From Gammaproteobacteria bacterium (GTDB lineage Bacteria > Pseudomonadota > Gammaproteobacteria > GCA-001735895): a stretch of DNA of 64,000 nt. The translations under genes and the position numbers were made by a program. Positions 23,416-31,900 of this stretch are shown piece by piece. The DNA is taken from positions 96,001 to 160,000 of the forward strand of contig JBNKUM010000101.1 of the NCBI GenBank assembly GCA_050298595.1. Direction: 5' to 3'. Position 1 is the stretch's first letter, and each line of letters begins with the position of its first letter. The notes beneath the pieces were generated by a model. The model did not search any database. It saw only the letters and a program-made list of their open reading frames with translations, and was not told where the DNA came from.

Positions 23416-23733
23416 CAAAAAGTGCAATGGTAAAAAAATCACATAGTGAGTTTCTGTATGAGTGATAACGCATCTGAAAAAAACTGCATCGTAACAAATT
23501 TTACTGCGCAATATTTTTCCACTGAGTTGGGTGGTCAAGCAGTAGAAAAATTAAAGTGAACTTTTAAGGGTAATAAATGGATAATAATTCTCTACAAAAT
23601 GTGATCCTACTTGAATATTCTTATTGTTATGCTTAAAAAAGTCGGTTTTGTACAGGTAGAAGCGCATCGTGAATCTTGTTGCTTTTTAGATTTTAATTTT
23701 TCTACACCCTGATTATGTTCACAAAATTGATGT

Positions 23734-24234
23734 ATGGAAATGATAAAGAAAAGTATTGATAGTTACTTATTTCGCGCCAGAAAATCCGGAACGTGTATTA
23801 ATAAGCAAGACCTCGAGTTACTTAATTTCAAACTAAATGGGTTAATTCCAGATTGGTATGCTGAAGCAGTGACACAGCTCCCTATTTCCGGAATTGAAGT
23901 GGGTTGGCTAGCTTTCCCAGAAGAAGTAGATTTTGATGGAATTGAGTGGGTTACTCTTCTAGATGCCAAGTTATTAAGTGAGTGCAATCTAGATAGTTAC
24001 CTGGGGAATTTACTCCGCCCACTGGGTTATTTTTCATTTGGTTACGGCTCATCGTGGTCAGGAAATTGTTTTGTTTTTAAACCAGAAGAAGGTAACGATC
24101 CACCTGTATATGAGGTCTGGCATGACGCTGCACGTAACTCGGACGAAATGTTAAACGCAATCGAAAATAAAAAAGGCGTGAAATTGGTTTCTGAATCATT
24201 CAGTAGTTTCTTTAATGATGCTATTTGTGAATAA
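23734..24234 (+). CDS. SMI1/KNR4 (SUKH)-like immunity protein
   Basis: IPDWY, then YFSFG...SGNCFVF...DPPVYEVWHD, a SUKH-type pattern. Confidence 0.6.
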   Translation: MEMIKKSIDSYLFRARKSGTCINKQDLELLNFKLNGLIPDWYAEAVTQLPISGIEVGWLAFPEEVDFDGIEWVTLLDAKLLSECNLDSYLGNLLRPLGYFSFGYGSSWSGNCFVFKPEEGNDPPVYEVWHDAARNSDEMLNAIENKKGVKLVSESFSSFFNDAICE

Positions 24235-24622
24235 AGAACATTAAAATAAGGGTGTGTCCTGCGCCTGTTGCGACCTATCCTATTGTTGAACAAGCTGTTT
24301 GTGATGGTTGATAGGCGATATAAAGGAAAAATATTTTCGAAACTATGGAGTCAGAATTTACATTATACGTCCCTGGTCGGTAGCAGATAATGAGAGTGAA
24401 AAGCTAATTAAGTGTGTCCGTATGTGAAACCCAATATTTGAATTCCTATTAGATTGTGTTGACTAACTGGGAAGAGCTTTCGTCAGTGTGCTGGCTGCCA
24501 GGGATACTTTCTTCCTTGAACTAAAAATTTCGACTGTTAGACGGACTCTGGTTTTTGAACAGGTTGAGAAGGTCTCTATGAAATTCACCTTTAGTAATAT
24601 TCATACAGGTGATTATTTTTTT

Positions 24623-24775
24623 GGTTCTTCGTAAAACAGTGTAAAAACCAAGTGAAATATAGACAATACTCCAATCCAGATAATTATATTTGACCTATGG
24701 AAATAGAAGAGCATTCCAGCCAGCTTTTAGGCATCAATACGCCCTGGGAGATCAGTCAGGTTGAACTCAATTTCA
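24623..24775 (+). pseudogene. ISL3-family left end and transposase N-terminal stub
   Basis: ggttcttcg terminus; ATG 24697 gives MEIEEHSSQLLGINTPWEISQVELNF, like ISL3 transposase N-termini; cut off by the repeat at 24778. Confidence 0.6.
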
Positions 24776-24777
24776 TG

Positions 24778-24930
24778 GCTATTGTTTTCTTTGGAGTATA
24801 GTGGAGATGACTATGAGTATCGTACGCTAAATAGCTTATATATTTTTTTATCTACGCTGTTTTGCTAATTGTAAGATGGCTGTTAATCATCTAAATTTTA
24901 ACTCTGAATATTATACTTCTTAGTGGTGGT
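24778..24930. repeat. ~140-bp direct repeat, copy 2
   Basis: Diverged copy of 22650-22800. Confidence 0.85.
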
Positions 24931-25150
24931 TCAAATAATACGGCAAGTTACTTTTTCGTGATGTCAAATCTAAGTCATGACACTATGACCTGACCCCGTT
25001 AATTTTTCCTCGTTTGAAGTGATAGAAAGAAACAATATATTATGAGATCGCGTATATAAGGCTTCTGTTTCAAATCAGAAGCAATATTACAGCAATATAT
25101 TTTTTGTTTTTAAAAGTTAAGCTTTGGATTAGAAGAGAATAGCAAACCCA

Positions 25151-25474
25151 ATGACACGGATAATAATTAGTCTATTATGTGTATCAATTTTTAGTGGCTG
25201 CACATCCAGTAATGGTAAACCGATCACCGGTAAGGAGTTATATGGATTCTATTGTGCTGGCTGTCATATGGAAAGCGGGGCTGGCCATTTTTTACGGGGT
25301 ATCCCGCCGTTAACTCAAAACAAAATTCTCAATCCAACACCGCTTCAACCTTCTCAGCTCAGGCGTAAGCTCAAAACTAGTCCAAGCCATAATAGGACAA
25401 TACCGCCCTTTGGCAACATCAACGATGAGCAGGAAAGATTGATCTTGCGGTATATACAATCGCTGTCCGAGTGA
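25151..25474 (+). CDS. Monoheme c-type cytochrome lipoprotein
   Basis: Lipobox FSGC; GKELY...CAGCH heme motif. Confidence 0.8.
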   Translation: MTRIIISLLCVSIFSGCTSSNGKPITGKELYGFYCAGCHMESGAGHFLRGIPPLTQNKILNPTPLQPSQLRRKLKTSPSHNRTIPPFGNINDEQERLILRYIQSLSE

Positions 25475-25505
25475 TATTTTCCCCTGGTTTTTCCTGACTA
25501 ACTCA

Positions 25506-26443
25506 GGGGTCAGGCCTTACATTTGACACCAGGTTTTCGATTTGGTAATTTTCTGAATTTTCCAGGTCAGGGGGCAAGAAAATGGCCAGACCTCTACGAA
25601 TTGAGTTTGCGGGGGCCTTATACCACATCACATCTCACGGCAATGCACAGGGCGAGATTTTCCTGAATAATGCTGATCGGATAAAGTTTCTTGATATATT
25701 AAGTCAAGCTGTTATTCGATATGACTGGTACTGTCATGCCTATTGCCTGATGGATAATCATTATCACCTTCTGATTGAAACCGGCACACCAACACTGTCC
25801 AAAGGAATGAAATATCTCAATGGCTCCTACACGCAGTCTTTTAACCGGCTGCATCAACTCTTTGGGCATGTTTTTCAGGGTCGTTATAAAGCCATACTTG
25901 TTGACAAAGAAAGCTATCTACTGGAATTGTCGCGCTACATCGTCCTTAATCCAGTCAGGGCTCTGATGGTGCGCAGTGCAAAAGAATGGCGCTGGAGTAG
26001 TTATCGAGCAACAGCAGGCCAGACTGAAGCTCATCCCTGTTTAACGATTGACTTGGTATTGTCCCTTTTGGGGAAAAGACGCAGAAAAGCACAGGAGAAC
26101 TATAGGGCTTTTGTTGTAGAAGGCCGCAATCAACCCTCTCCCTGGGAAAGACTTAAGAATCAAATCTATTTAGGTAGTGATCAATTTGTAGAAGATGTGC
26201 AGAGTAAGTTGGATCCAGATCAATCACTCAAGGATATTCCCAGAAAACAGAAACGGGCGGCACAGCGACCACTTAGCGATTACGCCAAGAAGGGTGTTGA
26301 GAGAAATTCAGCGATGGCACAAGCCTACCTTAGCGGGTACTACACATTGGAGCAGGTAGGTGAGTATTTTGGGTGCAGCTATGCAACGGTAAGTCGCGCT
26401 GTAAAAGCTTTTGAGACTCAAATGTGAAATGTAAGGATGACCC
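25506..26443 (+). mobile_element. RAYT-type element bounded by imperfect ~23-bp inverted ends
   Basis: Left ggggtcaggccttacatttgaca; right tgtgaaatgtaaggatgaccc overlapping the transposase stop. Confidence 0.75.
25582..26427 (+). CDS. REP-associated (Y1/IS200-like) HUH tyrosine transposase with C-terminal HTH
   Basis: MARPLRIEF start, CLMDNHYHLL (HUH), FQGRY, YIVLNPVRA (catalytic Tyr), WSSY, C-terminal TLEQVGEYFGCSYATVSR HTH. Confidence 0.92.
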   Translation: MARPLRIEFAGALYHITSHGNAQGEIFLNNADRIKFLDILSQAVIRYDWYCHAYCLMDNHYHLLIETGTPTLSKGMKYLNGSYTQSFNRLHQLFGHVFQGRYKAILVDKESYLLELSRYIVLNPVRALMVRSAKEWRWSSYRATAGQTEAHPCLTIDLVLSLLGKRRRKAQENYRAFVVEGRNQPSPWERLKNQIYLGSDQFVEDVQSKLDPDQSLKDIPRKQKRAAQRPLSDYAKKGVERNSAMAQAYLSGYYTLEQVGEYFGCSYATVSRAVKAFETQM

Positions 26444-26871
26444 TGAAGCTCGCAAAAGCCTGTTCTTAGAGTCCATTTGCTCAGCCAGAAAATCAAGGAA
26501 GGGGGCCGCCGGGAAGATGCTGTTCGTTCTTGACCGAATCCTACGGTGACTGATAGGTTTTAGGATAAGGAGCCGATATATCGTCTCAGAACTAAGTTAG
26601 CCACTAATTCTAGAGATTTCCCGACTAAGAAAGTAATTATTTCATGAATTTCACGTTTTTTTCACGAAATGGAATTAGAATAATTTCAGGGATGAGAAAG
26701 AGCCGATCTCTTCGGTTCTTAATAAAAAACCACATTTGTTGAGTATTATGGATAGATGTGCGGCATTATACCTACAAGCATATAATTGTCTTCCCACATC
26801 CCTTATAACTACTTAACAAATATCCAGGATGAATTGACAACAGTTTAGTTACAACCGAAAGGGTGTATTTT

Positions 26872-27150
26872 ATGAGTAGTATTGTATTAGCAGTTATATC
26901 CTTAAGCCTTGCCTTTGTTTTAATGGTCATGTGGATCCGGGCTCGGAGAGCTGCGCTTCGAGCTGAAGTTGTGGCATACGGGTTGCGTGCTCAGGATGAC
27001 AGAGATGAAGATACCAAAACTAATCTGATCAACAGGCATAAAGAATATAATGTGGCTATCAGTAAGCTGGATCAGATGGGACAGATTAAGCGTGATAAGT
27101 GGGGCCATTGGGTCTGGACAGAATCGGGGCAGCAATTGGGCCAGGGATGA
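26872..27150 (+). CDS. 92-aa single-pass membrane protein, paralogue A
   Basis: N-terminal TM; 53/92 identical without gaps to 30596-30874. Confidence 0.85.
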   Translation: MSSIVLAVISLSLAFVLMVMWIRARRAALRAEVVAYGLRAQDDRDEDTKTNLINRHKEYNVAISKLDQMGQIKRDKWGHWVWTESGQQLGQG

Positions 27151-27314
27151 TGTTTGATTTGGCTATCAAAATGATAGCCCGTTAAACCCACAATAATCAT
27201 TTAAAATATCCAGTCAATTTTGATCTTAAGTACCCGGAGTTTGATTATCTATCAGACGGCCTTTCAGTAATTAAGTAAGAACTCACTCTATAGAAACAAC
27301 TGGGGAATTAATAA

Positions 27315-28025
27315 ATGATTATAGCCAGACAACCAATTGATCTTCACTGCCCTGAAACCGATATCTATCATCGATTGTTATCACTGGATGGCAAACACAT
27401 AGTGGAGCTGGGTTGTGGCAGCGCCGATATTACTCGAGACATTGCTTCTTCAGGTAGTGGTCGAAAAGTATGGGCGTTTGAAGTCGATGAGATAGCTCAT
27501 CACAAAAACTTACAAATCACTGACCTGCCGAATGTGACTTTTGGTCTTGCTGGTGCGCAGGAGATTCCATTGGCTGATGCATCGATGGATGTCGTTTTTA
27601 TGTTTAAATCGATGCACCATGTTCCTTTAGACCTGATGGATCAATCGCTGCTGGAAATACGACGAGTGTTAAAGCCTGGTGGGCTGGCTTATATCTCTGA
27701 ACCTGTCTTTGACGGTGAGTTTAATGAAGTTCTACGTTTATTTCACGATGAGCAAAAAGTCCGTCAAGCGGCTTTTAGTACATTGGAAAGAGCAGTTCAG
27801 GACAATCAGTTTATTCTGCTCGAAGAAGTTTTTTTTACAACCTCGATGAAATTCGCCAATTTTTCTGAGTTTGAAAATAAAGTCATCAAGGCAACTCATT
27901 CAGATCACAAATTAAGCAATGTACTGCACAAGCAAGTTAAACAAGCCTTTGAAAAACATCTTGGTGATGAGGGTGTTCACTTTAAACAGCCTATTCGTGT
28001 GGATCTATTACAGCGGCCGATTTGA
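27315..28025 (+). CDS. Class I SAM-dependent methyltransferase
   Basis: IVELGCGSA, IPLADASMDVV, RVLKPGG motifs. Confidence 0.9.
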   Translation: MIIARQPIDLHCPETDIYHRLLSLDGKHIVELGCGSADITRDIASSGSGRKVWAFEVDEIAHHKNLQITDLPNVTFGLAGAQEIPLADASMDVVFMFKSMHHVPLDLMDQSLLEIRRVLKPGGLAYISEPVFDGEFNEVLRLFHDEQKVRQAAFSTLERAVQDNQFILLEEVFFTTSMKFANFSEFENKVIKATHSDHKLSNVLHKQVKQAFEKHLGDEGVHFKQPIRVDLLQRPI

Positions 28026-28089
28026 CCCTGTATTGAAGCAAGCGAGACTAGTGTATGGGGCAGCAGGAATATGACCGTTTTTTATGAGT

Positions 28090-28117
28090 TTGAAAATTCA
28101 AAACAGCATGCTATATT
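28090..28117 (+). promoter_or_regulatory. Putative sigma70 promoter of the dapA leader
   Basis: TTGAAA-16-TATATT with extended -10 TG. Confidence 0.5.
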
Positions 28118-28155
28118 AAGGTCTCGAATTGAAACTTAACAAGATTACTAAATAA

Positions 28156-28239
28156 ATGTTTACACTTCCCAGCCTGTCTAAACAAAAACGCTGCAAAAAG
28201 GTGATATCCTTTGCGGCTATGGTTGCTGTGTGTAATTAA
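28156..28239 (+). CDS. Putative 27-aa Lys-rich leader peptide MFTLPSLSKQKRCKKVISFAAMVAVCN
   Basis: Four Lys codons within 7 codons, overlapping alternative RNA hairpins upstream of the dapA terminator; RBS weak. Confidence 0.6.
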   Translation: MFTLPSLSKQKRCKKVISFAAMVAVCN

Positions 28240-28256
28240 AAAAAACGATTTAATAC

Positions 28257-28294
28257 AAAAAGCCCGGTCGCAGAAATGCTACCGGGCTTTTTTT
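28257..28294 (+). terminator. Intrinsic terminator (attenuator) in the dapA leader
   Basis: agcccggt-c-gca-GAAA-tgc-t-accgggct plus T-run, 27 nt before the dapA ATG. Confidence 0.85.
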
Positions 28295-28321
28295 ATGCCT
28301 ATAGAAAATTCGGAGAAAACT

Positions 28322-29194
28322 ATGTTTTACGGTTCATACGTCGCTTTGGTCACCCCTTTTAGAGCTGGCACCGTCGATGAGAAAGCCCTGCGCTATCTGG
28401 TTAACTGGCAGATTGAGCAGGGTACTAATGGTCTAGTACCTGTTGGTACTACGGGGGAGTCTCCTACGGTTACAGAAATGGAACATAAGCGAATCATCGA
28501 GGTGGTCGTAGAGGAGGCTGCTGGCAGAGTACCTGTCATAGCTGGCGCGGGTTCTAATAATCCAGTGGAAGCGTTGACTTATGCAAAAACGGCTGAAACA
28601 TTGGGCACAGATGGAATTCTCTGTGTGGCGGGTTATTATAATCGTCCTTCGCAAGCTGGGTTGTACGAGCATTTTAAATATCTCCATGATCAGACAGATA
28701 TACCCATTATCATTTACAACATTCCCCCTCGTACCATCGTTGATGTCGAACCAAATACGATGGCTAAACTGGCTGCTTTGCCACGTATAGTTGGTGTCAA
28801 AGACGCCACGATGGATTTATCACGCATCAGCCGCGAGCGATTATTGATTAGCAAGGAGTTCAGTTATCTATCTGGTGAAGATATGACTGCGCTCGCGTAT
28901 AACTCGATGGGAGGCAGTGGTTGTATCTCGGTAACGGCAAATATTGCGCCCGGGCTTTGTGCTGACTTGCATACTGCCTGTCAGAGTGGAGATTATCAGC
29001 GGGCATTAGAGTTACACGAAAAGTTGATGCCATTGCATCAGGCATTATTCGAAGAACCAAGTCCATCGGGTATCAAATATGCGCTATCACTTAGCGGACA
29101 GTGTAGTGATGAAGTACGTTTACCTATACTGCCTTTAGGTCAGCATGCCAGAGATAATATTAAGTCAGCGCTTGAAAATTTATCGCTCATATAA
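28322..29194 (+). CDS. dapA: 4-hydroxy-tetrahydrodipicolinate synthase
   Basis: GTTGES, YYNRP, IYNIP, GVKDA; start ATG 28322 after ggaga. Confidence 0.9.
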   Translation: MFYGSYVALVTPFRAGTVDEKALRYLVNWQIEQGTNGLVPVGTTGESPTVTEMEHKRIIEVVVEEAAGRVPVIAGAGSNNPVEALTYAKTAETLGTDGILCVAGYYNRPSQAGLYEHFKYLHDQTDIPIIIYNIPPRTIVDVEPNTMAKLAALPRIVGVKDATMDLSRISRERLLISKEFSYLSGEDMTALAYNSMGGSGCISVTANIAPGLCADLHTACQSGDYQRALELHEKLMPLHQALFEEPSPSGIKYALSLSGQCSDEVRLPILPLGQHARDNIKSALENLSLI

Positions 29195-29364
29195 CGAAGT
29201 GAATTGCAGTAAGAGTTTGTGAATTCTGGGTTTGACCACCTGCGTTACTTTTCAAAATCTTACTAACATACCCTGTGGAATCTGACCTGTGGATATCTCA
29301 AAACTTGAAGTATTCGCTGAAGAGTTGATTAGTTGCTTTTAGCCTCAGCATTCGATATGCCAGG

Positions 29365-29544
29365 GGCAGCTTTGATCTGTATGTGCTTCAGATCCCGCCT
29401 TACTGGGCTTACAGGCTGCTCCGCACTTTGAGTTATATTTCTTGCCAGGCAGGAGTATGTCTAAAAAGTTGCGCATTGATTGCACATCAGCCTGTAAGGC
29501 CATAGATACAACATGATCATAGGATAACTGAACAGAGGCACCCT
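29365..29544. repeat. Degenerate copy of the MITE at 32953-33141
   Basis: ttcttgccaggcag...aagttg.gc.ttgattg...tcag.ctgt.ag...agatacaacat aligns to 33049-33122; ends cagaggcaccct. Confidence 0.7.
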
Positions 29545-29633
29545 TGTTATTAGCAACTTCTATTTTACTCTTTGGGTTAACAAGCCTGGTGCCAGGAATC
29601 AACATCTCAGGCACCTATAAATAATATGGCAGG

Positions 29634-30194
29634 TTAATTTTGAGTAGGCCTGTACTGCTCAACATAACCACTGCCAATTGCTGAAAAAGGAAGCTCAAGT
29701 TCTAACTCTGGAACTCTTTTGCCTATCCAGGCTACGAACGTATTACTATTAGGCCCGGGGAATGCATGGTATTCATCTTTCCATGGGTAATCCTGTACCG
29801 CCTGTTCAATTTCATCAATCATTTCATCAACGCCGCTACCATGATGTTCTTTGAGTAAGACAGGTTTCGCTCCATACCAGTACCGGTCTGGTATGTCTAT
29901 TTGTGCTGCAACTACTGGTTGGCCACGATGATTTCTCCAGCCAACAACGTCGTAGACGGTGTATTCTGATTCGCCACTTCGTTTGGCTGCCACCCAGGTG
30001 TGTATGGCAAACCAGCCTCGCCATCCCCAGGCATCTGCACCGTAAATATGTATTACCGCTTCGTTATTAGTCGTCGGATCAGGTGCAATACCTGCTGATT
30101 CTCTGCTGGCAGTGCGCCAATCATTACTCGTTGAGCAACTGGAAATGGTAATTGTCATGACTACAAATAGAAAGTATAAGATAGACTCTTTCAT
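29634..30194 (-). CDS. DUF3750-like lipoprotein
   Basis: Lipobox ISSC; WRTASRESAGIAPDP, FAIHTW, PGPNSNTF motifs. Confidence 0.8.
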   Translation of the reverse strand: MKESILYFLFVVMTITISSCSTSNDWRTASRESAGIAPDPTTNNEAVIHIYGADAWGWRGWFAIHTWVAAKRSGESEYTVYDVVGWRNHRGQPVVAAQIDIPDRYWYGAKPVLLKEHHGSGVDEMIDEIEQAVQDYPWKDEYHAFPGPNSNTFVAWIGKRVPELELELPFSAIGSGYVEQYRPTQN

Positions 30195-30595
30195 GTTTGA
30201 GGTGAGTTTGTTAATATTATTTTCAGACTGTCATCGAGAAGGAAAGTCCAACAATTTTTAAAATTTAAGTATTTTTTACTTAAAGAGAAAAGTTTTCACT
30301 CGTTAACCATTAAGATCATAATGCAATTATGTTCAGGTAGAGCTCTGACTAAACAACTTGAAAGCATATTTTTATCATTATGTAACAATAAATTTGACTA
30401 AAGCTTTTCTAAATTGTCTGTAGTCAAGAGTAAAACTGGTACGGCGTTTATCCATAAATGTAGTATGTTTCTAAGGATAAAACTTACTTTTTGATGTAAA
30501 TTCACAAAATTAGAATTTCCAATGACGTTTATACACTTAACAAACTTGGTAAATGTATTTACAATGAAAAAATTATTAACATATTAGAAAAAATT

Positions 30596-30874
30596 ATGGG
30601 TGGGTTTATTGTGGCGATTATTTCTTCTGCCTTTGCAATTGTCTTTTTGGTAATGTGGCTTCGTGCTCGGAAAGCAGTTAGTGAAGCCGAAGTTGTTGCC
30701 TATGGCTTACGATCCCAGGACGATAGTGATGAAAACACTAAAACTAGCCTTTCAATAATGGAAGCAGAATATGATGCTGCGATTGACAAGCTCAGCGAGA
30801 TGGGTGAAATCAAGCGCGATGAATGGGGGCGCTGGGTGTGGACAAAAACTGGACAACCCTTAGGTGAAGACTAA
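30596..30874 (+). CDS. 92-aa single-pass membrane protein, paralogue B
   Basis: Colinear with 26872-27150. Confidence 0.85.
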   Translation: MGGFIVAIISSAFAIVFLVMWLRARKAVSEAEVVAYGLRSQDDSDENTKTSLSIMEAEYDAAIDKLSEMGEIKRDEWGRWVWTKTGQPLGED

Positions 30875-30897
30875 GTTAATATAATAAGTTAACTGTT

Positions 30898-31832
30898 GAG
30901 CCTTTTGCAAAACTTCAGAAACCAGTGAATATATTAGCCAGAAAAAGCTAAAAGGAGAAGTGCCTGATCCCATTTGTTAAAATGGGGTTCACCACAAACA
31001 GATAAAAAAACCCAATGAGAAATCAGGCTCCAATCTCTCAGACACCTTTATCATTATCCAGTATCTGGCATCATCTTCAAGGACATCTTTTCCCCTGGAT
31101 ACAGGAAGAACTCCCGGCGCTGACCAGAAAGCAACAGAATTATCGAAATCCTGGAAATAACGCAACTGAAAACGCATTTGCCCTATTCAGGTCAGGTTCC
31201 TGGTCGACCACAAAAATGTCGTGAATCCATAGCTCGCGCCTTTGTTGCCAAAGCGGTTTATAACCTGAACACCACTGAAATGTTGATAGACAGTTTTAAC
31301 TCTAATATTTCACTCCGTCGAATCTGCGGATGGGAGAAAAGAAGTGAGATACCCACTAGTTCCACCTTTTCACGGGCTTTTGCAGAGTTTGCCTGGTCCA
31401 GGCTGGCTGAGCGAGTTCATCAAGCCATCATTGAGCAGCATCTTGGGAATTATTTGATTTACCATATTTCACGGGATTCAACCGCCATCACCGCACGGGA
31501 GAAGCCAGAGATACAACAGAGGTGCCTTAATGGATGTCGCCTATGATTAACCCTTGATCAAAAAGCACAGTGAAGCATTAGGACATGTTCCATTGATAGA
31601 TGAAAACCCTCGAACAACAGATCGCAAAGAAGAAATAAAAGATGGGCTACAAAGCAAACGATATGCCAGTTATAAAACAGCGCAAGACATTCGTTATAAT
31701 GAGCGCAGCACTATTGAACGAGTGAATGGTCGGCTCAAAGATGAGTTTGGCGCACGAATGGTGCGAGTCAGAGGTCATGTCCCACCTGATGTTTGGTGTT
31801 ATCGCCCAACGGTTGATCAATGGCTTATATAA
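30898..31832 (+). pseudogene. Fragmented DDE transposase (IS5/IS1182-like) with left end
   Basis: gagccttttgcaaaact end; three ORF pieces with GRP..ARAFVAK, LRRICGW, SRDSTAI, YNERSTIERVNGRLK. Confidence 0.8.
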
Positions 31833-31900
31833 TATTTCTTTTGTATTAATACAGTTTTAATTGCTTATAATTACGCGGTTTTTAGATGTGCGTATAAAAA

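Noticed and set aside
19486-26600. CRISPR array or complete integron
   Set aside because: No regularly spaced identical repeats, no cas genes, no IntI integrase
28030-28321. Lysine riboswitch, and the extended dapA start at 28211
   Set aside because: No AGAGG...-type L-box core or room for its five-way fold; the 37-aa extension runs through a terminator, and an RBS precedes ATG 28322
29345-29614. 89-aa minus-strand ORF
   Set aside because: Overlaps a degenerate MITE copy; likely spurious
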